Positions 1 through 7,731 of a stretch of DNA of 25,562 nucleotides are shown piece after piece (position 1 is the first letter of the stretch; each line of letters begins with the position of its first letter). The notes beneath the pieces were generated by a model. That model did no database searches. It was not told where the DNA came from and was given only the letters and a program-made list of their open reading frames with translations. Both the position numbers and the translations under genes were made by a program. The stretch is from positions 1-25,562 of IMG/VR virus record IMGVR_UViG_3300036546_000385; one strand, given 5' to 3'. This DNA is from a virus. Taxonomy: Duplodnaviria > Caudoviricetes.

Positions 1-462
1 ATGCGTACTCTTTCCCGTATTTTCATTCTGGCGTTTATGGCCGTTCTGCTTGTGCAGACGCAGGTACTGGCAAAGTCGTTTCATGAGCAGCCCCCCATGA
101 CCAATGCTGAGGTGGAGCAGTTCATCAAGGATTTTCCCGGATTCAAACAGTGGATGTATGACAGCAAGCTGAATGCGCAGGCTGCTCGCCCTGTGGTGGA
201 TAAGGACGGTAATCCCTCGTTCGTGTGGGACGACACCGTCGCAAAGTGGTTTGAGGGGAAAAGCTGGACCCCTGAGCGCTTTTTCTACACCATGACGCAT
301 TGTTCCGCGGCCATTGCGCTCGTGCTGCACGGTGACAAGTTGAGCGGAGCTAACCGCCCGCCTGACATGCCGTATATAAACGATTACGAAATGAATCTGG
401 TCAGGCAGTATCAGGAGCCGTTGATGGACGCACTGAGCGCAAAGGTAAAGAAGACTAACTAG
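1..462 (+). CDS. Host hypothetical exported protein (153 aa)
   Basis: ORF with a signal-peptide-like N-terminus (MRTLSRIFILAFMAVLLVQTQVLA), followed by an intrinsic terminator. It lies outside the phage end repeats. Confidence 0.75.
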   Translation: MRTLSRIFILAFMAVLLVQTQVLAKSFHEQPPMTNAEVEQFIKDFPGFKQWMYDSKLNAQAARPVVDKDGNPSFVWDDTVAKWFEGKSWTPERFFYTMTHCSAAIALVLHGDKLSGANRPPDMPYINDYEMNLVRQYQEPLMDALSAKVKKTN

Positions 463-486
463 CCAGAACGATCGCAAGATGCACAT

Positions 487-518
487 AACCCCGCCGGTAC
501 AAGGCGGGGTTTTTGTTT
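487..518 (+). terminator. Intrinsic terminator of the host gene
   Basis: AACCCCGCC-GGTACAA-GGCGGGGTT hairpin followed by TTTGTTT. Confidence 0.85.
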
Positions 519-528
519 GGATACGGGA

Positions 529-699
529 TATAGGGGGACAGCCTAGATGAGAAATGGCGTCGGGCCTAAACTTGATAGGACGAACACAGGGCTGGCATAG
601 GCCTGACCAGCCCCGGTTTTTTTGTATAGGGGGACAGCCGAGATGAGAAATGGCGTTGGGCCTAATATTGATAGGACAAACATAGGACCGGCATAGGCC
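529..699 (+). repeat. 75-bp imperfect direct repeat (529-603 and 625-699, period 96 bp) at the prophage left end
   Basis: TATAGGGGGACAGCC(T/G)AGATGAGAAATGGCG...GGCATAGGCC occurs twice; 8 mismatches in 75 nt by hand alignment. Confidence 0.95.
589..623 (+). terminator. Terminator-like hairpin closing repeat copy 1
   Basis: GGGCTGG-CATAGGCCTGA-CCAGCCC followed by CGG and T7. Confidence 0.55.
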
Positions 700-822
700 C
701 AAGTTAGGACTGGTGCGGACTTTCTGCGTTTTATGAAGCTGATGTTGCGTAAATTAAAGGGCGAAATCCAAAATGAGAAAAGCACACGGATTTCGCCCTT
801 TTTGCACTCTCGAAATGAGAAA
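626..822 (+). promoter_or_regulatory. Putative transposase binding sites L1-L3 (626-650, 756-780, 798-822; a further copy at 530-554)
   Basis: ATAGGGGGACAGCCGAGATGAGAAA, AAAGGGCGAAATCCAAAATGAGAAA and CTTTTTGCACTCTCGAAATGAGAAA, all in the same orientation. One site at the tip plus two about 130-170 bp inside resembles Mu attL geometry. Confidence 0.65.
756..803. terminator. 14-bp perfect inverted repeat, probable bidirectional terminator
   Basis: AAAGGGCGAAATCC (756-769) / GGATTTCGCCCTTT (788-801), T-rich on both exits; lies just downstream of the minus-strand gene 841-1332. Confidence 0.6.
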
Positions 823-840
823 GATGTCGGGGGGGCAAGG

Positions 841-1332
841 CTACTTGGGTGTTTTTTCCATTAGAATAAGACAGGCTGCTGCGGCTTCTGAGATATTCAT
901 ACTGTGGGTGTTCGGTTCGGAGAAGACATTGTCTAAACAATCGAGCAGTTCTTTTGATTCTTTGGCATCAATTTGGTGATTTGTGGCAGCAACAAAGTCA
1001 GCACACGTTGCGAGCTTATTCTGATAGGTTGCTGTAGCCCAAGCGGCTCCATTGTCTTTGTGAAGAGTCCCTCCCTCGTGCCATGCATTTGTATGGGGCG
1101 TTGGGGCGGTTTGCTGATCCTGCATTGAAGCGGGATTCGACGAATCCGTATGCTTATTCGCTGGAGTCGTCATGCTTGCTACGGCTACAAGCAGGAGGAA
1201 GCAGAGCGGATAGGCCTTAAGTACCTCTTTGCGAGATCTATTGCCCCACCACACGACGAGGCTTGGGCGTATCATGCCAATCACAAAGGCAAAAAGCGTT
1301 GCGGATGCCAGTAAGGATAGTAGGGTGGTCAT
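841..1332 (-). CDS. Membrane-anchored hypothetical protein (moron; possible superinfection exclusion)
   Basis: 163 aa with two N-terminal hydrophobic segments, a P/T/Q-rich linker and a Cys-containing soluble domain. AAGGGGA RBS upstream; separated from the repressor by a terminator. Confidence 0.7.
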   Translation of the reverse strand: MTTLLSLLASATLFAFVIGMIRPSLVVWWGNRSRKEVLKAYPLCFLLLVAVASMTTPANKHTDSSNPASMQDQQTAPTPHTNAWHEGGTLHKDNGAAWATATYQNKLATCADFVAATNHQIDAKESKELLDCLDNVFSEPNTHSMNISEAAAACLILMEKTPK

Positions 1333-1407
1333 AGCATTTCCCCTTTTGCTACAGTGTTGGTAATTATCTATTTGCTGTAATAATAACTAACATGCTATAG
1401 TGCGGTA

Positions 1408-1438
1408 TCAAAAAATAGCCTGTTGTAACAGGCTATTT
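1408..1438 (-). terminator. Intrinsic terminator of the repressor gene
   Basis: AAATAGCCTGTT-GT-AACAGGCTATTT inverted repeat; on the minus strand the stem runs into T6. Confidence 0.75.
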
Positions 1439-1467
1439 GAATAATTGAAGGATTTTTCCTTTCCCAA

Positions 1468-1932
1468 CTAAGCACTTCTGCGGGTGGCTTTAGTGGGGGC
1501 TGATGAAGCTTGCGCTTCCTCTCGCCCTTCAAGACGAGCAGCCCGCTCCCTAATTTCTGCGTTTTCCTTCCACAGTGTTCGGTTCTCGGCCACTAATTCC
1601 CGATTCTCTTCACGTTCTTTGCGTAGATCTTGACGCAATTCCGCAAGCTCTGTTTCTAGCCCGGCACAGCGAGGGCATGATTCGATATTGGTGTCTGCGG
1701 GCGTATGGTTGGATTTCGGGGATTGTTTGCTTTGCATTGGGCCATCGCCGACCAATAGCCAATCATAGGCAATCCCAAATTCTTTCGAGATAGAGACTAT
1801 CACATCGGCGTTAGGGATGCGTTCACCTCTCTCGTATCCGCCAAGGGTGTTCTGTGCGACCCCAATTGTCATGGCGAATTCTTTTTGCGGTATTCTGCCT
1901 CGAATTTGCTTTATTCTATCGCCAATGCTCAT
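1468..1932 (-). CDS. XRE/Cro-CI family HTH prophage repressor with C-terminal coiled coil
   Basis: IGDRIKQIRG..PQKEFAMTIGVAQNTLGGYERGERIP..YDWLLVGDG is a classic HTH_3 motif; gene is divergent from the early operon. Confidence 0.88.
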   Translation of the reverse strand: MSIGDRIKQIRGRIPQKEFAMTIGVAQNTLGGYERGERIPNADVIVSISKEFGIAYDWLLVGDGPMQSKQSPKSNHTPADTNIESCPRCAGLETELAELRQDLRKEREENRELVAENRTLWKENAEIRERAARLEGREEAQASSAPTKATRRSA

Positions 1933-2045
1933 GTGTTAAAGTTCCACGTCCAAAGTTAAACGATTGCCTTAACACGCCCTGTATTGCGTAACCATAAGCT
2001 TTCATTAGCGATATATGGATAACTCAAAAAGACGAACTTTAACTT

Positions 2046-2084
2046 AAAAACGCGTTGACTTGAACGCGTTTTTGCGTTTAAAAG
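2046..2084 (+). promoter_or_regulatory. Putative repressor operator overlapping the early promoter
   Basis: Perfect inverted repeat AAAAACGCGTT-GACTTG-AACGCGTTTTT (2046-2073) containing a TTGACT -35 (2055-2060); weak AT-rich -10 near 2078-2084. Confidence 0.6.
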
Positions 2085-2200
2085 TTGGTCGTGGGCGGTT
2101 GTAAAAAACACACATAATTTCAACAGCACTTTACAGCCGCACATCGAACTAGGTCAACGCCTCATTTCGGACGGCAAAGACCGCGACCTCGGACGGTAAG

Positions 2201-2650
2201 ATGAAGGCTGAACAACTCTCCCTGTTCCATAGCTCGGATGACGAGAAAGCAGCGGCTCTGCTTGCCGGAGTGCTGCCGCAGGTGCGAGCCGCCATGCATC
2301 GTGTGGCTGGAACGCAGCAAATTCTTTCGCGAGAGATGATTGCCGACAGGATGACAGAAGTATCCCGCTTTGCAGGTGTTCGGGTGAGTCCCGGAAATGC
2401 CAAGGGTATTACCCCGGCAATGTTGGAGAAATGGTTGAACCCTGTGGAGCGGGAGCATCCTCCCACCCTTTTAGCTGTTCTTACCTTCTGCATGGTCACC
2501 AAAGACCCAGCCCCATTACGGCCTCTCTTGGCTGCAATGGGGCTGGAATTAATGACGTCTGAGGACAAAGCATTGCGAGATTACGGCCGAGCTTGTGTTG
2601 AAGAGCGCAAGGCCCGGAAGAAAAAGAAGCAACTGGAGGCAGGGATTTGA
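2201..2650 (+). CDS. Early regulatory protein, phage CII-like
   Basis: First gene of the early operon; HTH-like segment SREMIADRM...ITPAMLEKWLNP; stop overlaps the next start. Confidence 0.6.
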   Translation: MKAEQLSLFHSSDDEKAAALLAGVLPQVRAAMHRVAGTQQILSREMIADRMTEVSRFAGVRVSPGNAKGITPAMLEKWLNPVEREHPPTLLAVLTFCMVTKDPAPLRPLLAAMGLELMTSEDKALRDYGRACVEERKARKKKKQLEAGI

Positions 2651-2892
2651 TGAATGTGAACGCTCATGCTGCGCGTGGTGCAGGACTTTTCCGTGACCCT
2701 TGGGGAATACGAAAGTTCCTTAGCTTGCGCGGGACCAATATGCGCCAGATCGCTCATGAGATGGGCAAGCATCCTCAGCAGGTTCAGGAAACCGTGCGCG
2801 GTATCAGGAACGACCGTGAGGTGTTGGCGAAGTTGCGCGATATGGGCTGCCCTGAAGAGTATCTTAGTCTCCCCAAAGATATGGTGGCGTAG
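2650..2892 (+). CDS. ner: Ner/Cro-like small HTH protein
   Basis: About 80 aa; IRKFLSLRGTNMRQIAHEMGKHPQQVQETVRG HTH; directly precedes the transposase, as ner does in Mu. ATG at 2650 is coupled to the upstream TGA. Confidence 0.65.
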   Translation: MNVNAHAARGAGLFRDPWGIRKFLSLRGTNMRQIAHEMGKHPQQVQETVRGIRNDREVLAKLRDMGCPEEYLSLPKDMVA

Positions 2893-2902
2893 GGAAATCA
2901 TC

Positions 2903-5029
2903 ATGGTTAAGGGCAAGGATTCATATACCGCGAAGGAACTAGCAACCGCACTAGGTGTGACGGTTATGACCGTCGCTCGCCGAGCTGAACGTGAGGGTTG
3001 GCAGTCCCGCCCTCGCGTCGGGCGCGGTGGGGGTAATGAGTGGCTGGTGAATTCCATGCCGGAGGCAACGCGCACGAAACTGCTTGCAGCCTGTGCGCAG
3101 GATCAGCTGGAAGCCACAGCCCACTCCATAAGGCCGTCTCTTGCCACAGCTGGCGTGAGTGAGTCGAAGAAGTCCAAGGCGTTGGCCCGTGCCGATCTGG
3201 TCGCGTTGTATACCGATTGGCTGGATAAATCGCCCTATGGTGAAAAGTTCGCTGCACGGGACAAGTTCATTCTTGCCTACTTGGGCGGTGCATGGCCTGC
3301 GCTGTTGAAAACACTTGGCGACAAGGTCAGCTGGAAGAGCATAGAGCGCTGGAAAATCCAGATTCAACGTGAAGGTTCGGTTGTCGCTTTGGTGGACCGT
3401 CGCGGCGGCGCAAATGCTGAACGCATTGCAATGACTGAATCCCATGCGGAGTTATTGCTTTCCGCAGTGCTGCGTCCGAATCATCCCTCCATCTCAGGTG
3501 CAATACGCATGGCGTCCGCAGCCATGAAGGCGCGGGGGCTGGAGGTTCCGGCAGAGCGCACGATGCGCCGTTTTCTTGATCAGTGGAAGGCTACGAACTT
3601 CGGAACGTGGATCTACACCCGCGAGGGCAAGAAGGCGTGGAATGACAAGGCAGCGTTCTTCATCGACCGCGATTACAAGCTTATCGAGGTGGGCGACATC
3701 CTCGTGGCAGACGGCCACGTCTTGAACTTTGAGACGCTGAATCCATGGACGGGCAAACCCCAACGTATGGAATTAGTGCTCTGGTACGACATGGCCTCCA
3801 ATTGTCCGGTGGGCTGGGAAGTAATGCCCACGGAGAACACGCAGGCTATTGCATCCGCTTTCCGGCGGGCCGTGCTTACTCTCGGCAAGTATCCTCTCAT
3901 CGCTTACTTAGACAACGGTAAGGCATTCCGCTCAAAGTATTTCAATGGGGTGGATTTCCGCCAGACCGGCATTGCCGGGCTGTTTCAGGAACTCAACGTC
4001 CACACCATTTTTGCATGGCCCTATCATGGGCAGTCCAAGACCGTGGAGCGCTTCTTCGGGACGCTGCATGATCTGGAGCAGTGGGTGCCGTCCTACGTGG
4101 GGCGCAACATCGAATCCAAGCCGCCGCGTTTGAATCGTGGGGAAGTGCTGCATCGCAAGGTTTGGGAGGCATCCGGTTGTCGGGCGCTGACCATGGAAGA
4201 GACACATGTGGCCGTGGCCCGGTGGGTTGATCAGTATATCAACCGGCCTCAGCGCGGCCACCTGAACGGCAGGTCTCCGGCAGAGGTCTTTATGGCTGGG
4301 CGCGGCCCCGGTGTGGATGAGACCAGGCTTCGCCATCTTATGATGGCCAAGGAAGTGCGTAAGCTTTCCCGCGAGGGCATCCGCATGTTCGGGGAACGCT
4401 ACTACGCGCCGGAGCTCTATAGCCGCACGCACGCCGTACAGGTTCGCTATGACATCGGCGACCTTTCCTCAGTGCTGGTCTACAGCGAAGATGGGCGGCA
4501 CCTCATCTGTGAGGCCCCCAAGGTTCGGGGCATCCATCCTGCCGCAGATTTGCTCGGCACCGAAGCGCATAGCGCTGATTTACGCCAAGCCATCGGCCTC
4601 AAACGGCAGCAGGAGCGTGAAGCTTCTGTCGTTGCAAGAGGGGTGCTCGAATCCGCGCTGTCAGATCAGCGGGAGCGTATGCGTGCCCTTCAGGCTGAAA
4701 GCGTGGAACCCAAGCCCGTATCTATAGCTCCGCTGCCTCAATCCAAGGTTACCAGTATTGAAGCTGCCAAGAGGCAGGCGCAGGCCAAGCGGGATGCTTC
4801 TCCTACCTATATTCCCCCGGCACAGAAGCCGGACATCGTGAACGAGCTCGACAAGTATGAATACCTTTTCAACTTGTCCGTTAAGGACGGCCTTGTCCTG
4901 CGTGAACCGGATCAGGAGTGGATGGAGAACCTTGAGCGCACGGAAGATTTCAAGCGGGATGCCGCTCATCGCTATGAACGGCTTCGTAAGTATTACGCCC
5001 GGAACCGGGTCAACACGGCAAACGCATAA
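2903..5029 (+). CDS. muA: MuA-like DDE transposase (708 aa)
   Basis: N-terminal Mu-type HTH (YTAKELATALGV..RRAEREGW..GRGGG); catalytic motifs LVADGH, YLDNGKAF, SKTVERFF; C-terminal VQVRYDIGDLSSVLVY. Start set at ATG 2903 after AGGGA. Confidence 0.95.
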   Translation: MVKGKDSYTAKELATALGVTVMTVARRAEREGWQSRPRVGRGGGNEWLVNSMPEATRTKLLAACAQDQLEATAHSIRPSLATAGVSESKKSKALARADLVALYTDWLDKSPYGEKFAARDKFILAYLGGAWPALLKTLGDKVSWKSIERWKIQIQREGSVVALVDRRGGANAERIAMTESHAELLLSAVLRPNHPSISGAIRMASAAMKARGLEVPAERTMRRFLDQWKATNFGTWIYTREGKKAWNDKAAFFIDRDYKLIEVGDILVADGHVLNFETLNPWTGKPQRMELVLWYDMASNCPVGWEVMPTENTQAIASAFRRAVLTLGKYPLIAYLDNGKAFRSKYFNGVDFRQTGIAGLFQELNVHTIFAWPYHGQSKTVERFFGTLHDLEQWVPSYVGRNIESKPPRLNRGEVLHRKVWEASGCRALTMEETHVAVARWVDQYINRPQRGHLNGRSPAEVFMAGRGPGVDETRLRHLMMAKEVRKLSREGIRMFGERYYAPELYSRTHAVQVRYDIGDLSSVLVYSEDGRHLICEAPKVRGIHPAADLLGTEAHSADLRQAIGLKRQQEREASVVARGVLESALSDQRERMRALQAESVEPKPVSIAPLPQSKVTSIEAAKRQAQAKRDASPTYIPPAQKPDIVNELDKYEYLFNLSVKDGLVLREPDQEWMENLERTEDFKRDAAHRYERLRKYYARNRVNTANA

Positions 5030-5038
5030 GGAGCAGGC

Positions 5039-5740
5039 ATGAGGCGTGATGTGTTCATAGAAACCCGTAACGTGATGGATTTTCGCCAGAAGGTGAGGGC
5101 CTTGGAAGATTACTCCGGCGAGCCGGGCTTTGCACTTGTCTTCGGGCAGGCCGGGCGTGGCAAGACCGAAACGGCCCGGAACTACCACGCCATTAACGGG
5201 GGTATTTTCCTCCGGGTCATGCAGGGCTGGTCGCAATGCTCTTTCCTGCAGGAGTTGTGTTTTCAAGTGTGTGGTGTGCGTCCCCGTTCTTCAGCGGCCT
5301 GCAAGGGGAAGATCATAGAGGCGCTTGATGCCATGCCGCAGACGCTGTTTGTCGATGAGGCAGACCGCCTGCATGTGGATCGCGTTGAGGATCTGCGGGA
5401 CATCTTCGACCTCACGAGCTCCCCCGTTGTGCTCATTGGAGAGCAGGAACTGCGTGGACTGCTCAGCACCCGTCGAAGAATCTGGAGCCGCGTGAAGCAG
5501 GTCGTGGAGTTTGGGCCGGTTGCTGAGGAAGACGTTGCTATATTGGGCGATGAGGCCGCAGGGCTGGATATAGCGCCGGAAGCCTGTTCACAGATTGTAC
5601 GGCTTGCTGACGGTGATTTTCGCCTTGTGTGGAGTTTCATCCGGCAGCTCGAACTGACGGCCAAGACGCATGAAACACAACGCATAGATTCGGCACTTGT
5701 GGCTCGTGTGGCCAAGCAAGTGGCCAACTGGAGGCAATAG
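5039..5740 (+). CDS. muB: MuB-like AAA+ transposition ATPase
   Basis: Walker A GQAGRGKT, Walker B LFVDEAD, VVLIGE, IWSRV; strong AAGGAG RBS; follows muA. Confidence 0.92.
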   Translation: MRRDVFIETRNVMDFRQKVRALEDYSGEPGFALVFGQAGRGKTETARNYHAINGGIFLRVMQGWSQCSFLQELCFQVCGVRPRSSAACKGKIIEALDAMPQTLFVDEADRLHVDRVEDLRDIFDLTSSPVVLIGEQELRGLLSTRRRIWSRVKQVVEFGPVAEEDVAILGDEAAGLDIAPEACSQIVRLADGDFRLVWSFIRQLELTAKTHETQRIDSALVARVAKQVANWRQ

Positions 5741-6354
5741 TGATCGGAGAGAAGATGGCTGGGCTGCGTGAGGCCGCCAGAAACCTCGGCAAGGGCGGGG
5801 CCGTGTTCTCCAACCGCATGCTGTATCAGGCGCTCGGCGGGGTGGATGAGCCGGCGAAGGATCGGATCAGGCGTCGTGCCGCGTCGCTTGTGACAACGGG
5901 AGAGTTCATCAGGGTCGGGCGTGGTGAGTACCGTTACAACCCCAAGGCTGCACCGGCCCGTAACGGCGAAATGATCACCCGCATGTGGCGAGCGCTTAAA
6001 TCGGCGAAACCCGGCTTCAGCGTGCAGGATTTGGCCAGGATATCCGGCGCGGGATACAGCAACACCCTTGGATACATCCGGTGCCTTGAAGAAGCGGGCT
6101 ATCTGCGCACCTGCGGCAGGAACGGAAACACCATTCTGTACCGTGCAACGGAAAAGGCCAGAAATCAGGTTCATGCGCATCAGCCCCCGCGACCGTTACG
6201 CGATCCCTTTGAAAACGAGAAAGAGAAGGTGCACGAGCTCGTCAGTTATTTCATGCTTCGTGACCTGTATCAGCCCGCTGTCCGCAAGTCCGTGGTGGCG
6301 TGCTGTAAAACCATACTGGACCGCTTTGAGCGACAGGAGGAATCCGATGAGTGA
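5740..6354 (+). CDS. Hypothetical DNA-binding protein (tandem winged-HTH-like)
   Basis: Two wHTH-like units (LVTTGEFIRVGRGEYRY; FSVQDLARISGA..YIRCLEEAGYL); coupled to muB. Start at GTG 5740 or ATG 5755. Confidence 0.7.
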   Translation: MIGEKMAGLREAARNLGKGGAVFSNRMLYQALGGVDEPAKDRIRRRAASLVTTGEFIRVGRGEYRYNPKAAPARNGEMITRMWRALKSAKPGFSVQDLARISGAGYSNTLGYIRCLEEAGYLRTCGRNGNTILYRATEKARNQVHAHQPPRPLRDPFENEKEKVHELVSYFMLRDLYQPAVRKSVVACCKTILDRFERQEESDE

Positions 6355-6556
6355 AACCACCCGTACCACCAACAACCGGGGCTGCGTGCTTGAAAGTGCT
6401 TTGGCCCGCGACATGCTCAGCCAGTTGGCAGCAGCCAAGGCCGCCATCCAGTGCGGCGACCGTGAGGCCGGAGTTGAACACATCAACATCGTCATGGACT
6501 ACGTCTCCGACGTGGACGCGCTGGCCGCTCAGGCCCATGTGGCAGGACGAGGTTAG
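6347..6556 (+). CDS. Hypothetical protein (69 aa)
   Basis: CAGGAGG RBS before ATG 6347 (MSETTRTT...); fills the gap before gam. Confidence 0.65.
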   Translation: MSETTRTTNNRGCVLESALARDMLSQLAAAKAAIQCGDREAGVEHINIVMDYVSDVDALAAQAHVAGRG

Positions 6557-6564
6557 GAGGAAGA

Positions 6565-7077
6565 ATGGCCCGGAAAAAACCTACGCCGTACATCATAGGC
6601 GATTTGAAGCAGGCTGAAGGTGCACTGGCAGAGATAGCCGAACTGGAGCGTTCTCTCAGCACCATTGAAAACCAGATGAACGAAGTCATCGACAATGCCC
6701 GCGCCCGCGCCAAAGAGGCGAGCGCCGAGTTTGTAGCCCGCCGGAACGAGTTGGGCAATGCGCTGGCAGTGTTTGCGCAGTTGAACAAGGTTGATCTGTT
6801 CGCCAAGCGCAAGTCGTTGGATCTTGGCTTTGGCACAATCGGCTTCCGTCAGTCCACCAGCTTGAAGACGGAACGCAAAGTTACCGTGGAAATGGTGCTG
6901 GAGCGGTGCCGCAGCTATGGCTTTAGCGAGGCTATTCAGACCAAGGAGAGCCTTAATAAACAGATCATGCACGAGTGGCCTGATGAACGTCTGGCCACCG
7001 TTGGCATGACGCGGCAGGTCAAGGATGACTTCTTCTATGAAGTTCATAGGCAGGAGCTTGATACACAAGCCGCGTAG
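6565..7077 (+). CDS. gam: Mu Gam-like host-nuclease inhibitor (DNA end-binding)
   Basis: 170 aa; coiled-coil N-terminus, KRKSLDLGFGTIGFRQS, ESLNK, DDFFYE; TAGGAGG RBS; Mu early-region position. Confidence 0.88.
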   Translation: MARKKPTPYIIGDLKQAEGALAEIAELERSLSTIENQMNEVIDNARARAKEASAEFVARRNELGNALAVFAQLNKVDLFAKRKSLDLGFGTIGFRQSTSLKTERKVTVEMVLERCRSYGFSEAIQTKESLNKQIMHEWPDERLATVGMTRQVKDDFFYEVHRQELDTQAA

Positions 7078-7081
7078 TCAA

Positions 7082-7150
7082 GCGAAACCGACCCCGTGCG
7101 GGAGCGGGGCGGTTGTCGGAATGTGGCGGTTCCGGCCTGATGAGCAGCCA
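7082..7150 (+). ncRNA. Type II hammerhead ribozyme
   Basis: GC-GAAA (7082-7087); stem III ACCG.CCCCG/CGGGG.CGGU; cleavage triplet GUU (7112-7114); stem I GUCGGAA/UUCCGGC; CUGAUGA (7137-7143); 2-bp stem II GC; loop-I UGGC pairs with 3' GCCA (pseudoknot). Confidence 0.88.
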
Positions 7151-7156
7151 ATCAAG

Positions 7157-7181
7157 ATAAGCGGCCAATCGAAATGAGAAA
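7157..7181 (+). repeat. Internal copy of the end-type motif
   Basis: ATAAGCGGCCAATCGAAATGAGAAA; intergenic, overlapping the RBS region of the next gene. Confidence 0.75.
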
Positions 7182-7186
7182 TTACC

Positions 7187-7642
7187 ATGGCAGAGTGTCG
7201 CAAATTTACGCATGCGATTTGCGTCAAAACTGACGCAAAAACAGAAGCAAAATTTGAACTTTTCCCCGCAGAGCAGTGGGGTGGCCCGGCAGGTTGTTAC
7301 CGGGTGCGCCGAAATCGTAGCTGGCTCAATACTGACCAGGGAACGCATCTCTTCATGCCCTTGCGGGTGCTGGGGGAGGTCATTGTCGGTGCTGTAGCCG
7401 GTGAAGAAATTGAACTCACAGAACCTTGCCTGCCCAAGGGAAGCCTGGTGCGCGTGCGTCGTGATCCCGATGATCCCTGCTCGTATCAGCGTGTGCACAC
7501 CAAGACGGAGCCTTGGCGCGGCTGGGACGGCAACTGGTATGTGCAGGTGCGTCTTTATGGCCGGGGCGATGTGATGGTGACGACGGACCAGTGTGAACCT
7601 GTTCCCGACGACAACGAGGTTGAAGGCAAGGAGAAGCAATAA
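7187..7642 (+). CDS. Hypothetical early protein (151 aa)
   Basis: ORF in operon orientation with phage-like codon usage; family not recognised. Confidence 0.7.
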   Translation: MAECRKFTHAICVKTDAKTEAKFELFPAEQWGGPAGCYRVRRNRSWLNTDQGTHLFMPLRVLGEVIVGAVAGEEIELTEPCLPKGSLVRVRRDPDDPCSYQRVHTKTEPWRGWDGNWYVQVRLYGRGDVMVTTDQCEPVPDDNEVEGKEKQ

Positions 7643-7731
7643 TGGGATGTGATCACATGGTTGCTGGCTGGTGGCACTGGTGCACAGCGGATTGTGGCCT
7701 CTCTGGTTATGGTGAGGGGGGAACCCCATGA
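7642..7731 (+). CDS. Possible 29-aa peptide MGCDHMVAGWWHWCTADCGLSGYGEGGTP
   Basis: Coupled on both sides (TAATG at 7640-7644, ATGA at 7728-7731), with AAGGAG upstream. Confidence 0.35.
   Translation: MGCDHMVAGWWHWCTADCGLSGYGEGGTP

Noticed and set aside
547-696. Twin 17-aa ORFs MRNGVGPKLDRTNTGLA (547-600) and MRNGVGPNIDRTNIGPA (643-696), each behind AGGGGGA
   Set aside because: The ATG and G-run belong to the repeated DNA motif, and 4 of 7 differences are non-synonymous, so there is no sign of peptide-level selection. Not fully excluded.
529-822. CRISPR mini-array interpretation of the left-end repeats
   Set aside because: Only two long copies with no unique spacers of regular length, and no cas genes in the window.
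2666-2902. N-terminal extension of the transposase ORF (787 aa in the track)
   Set aside because: Overlaps the ner-like gene; the Mu-type HTH begins at ATG 2903, which has an RBS.
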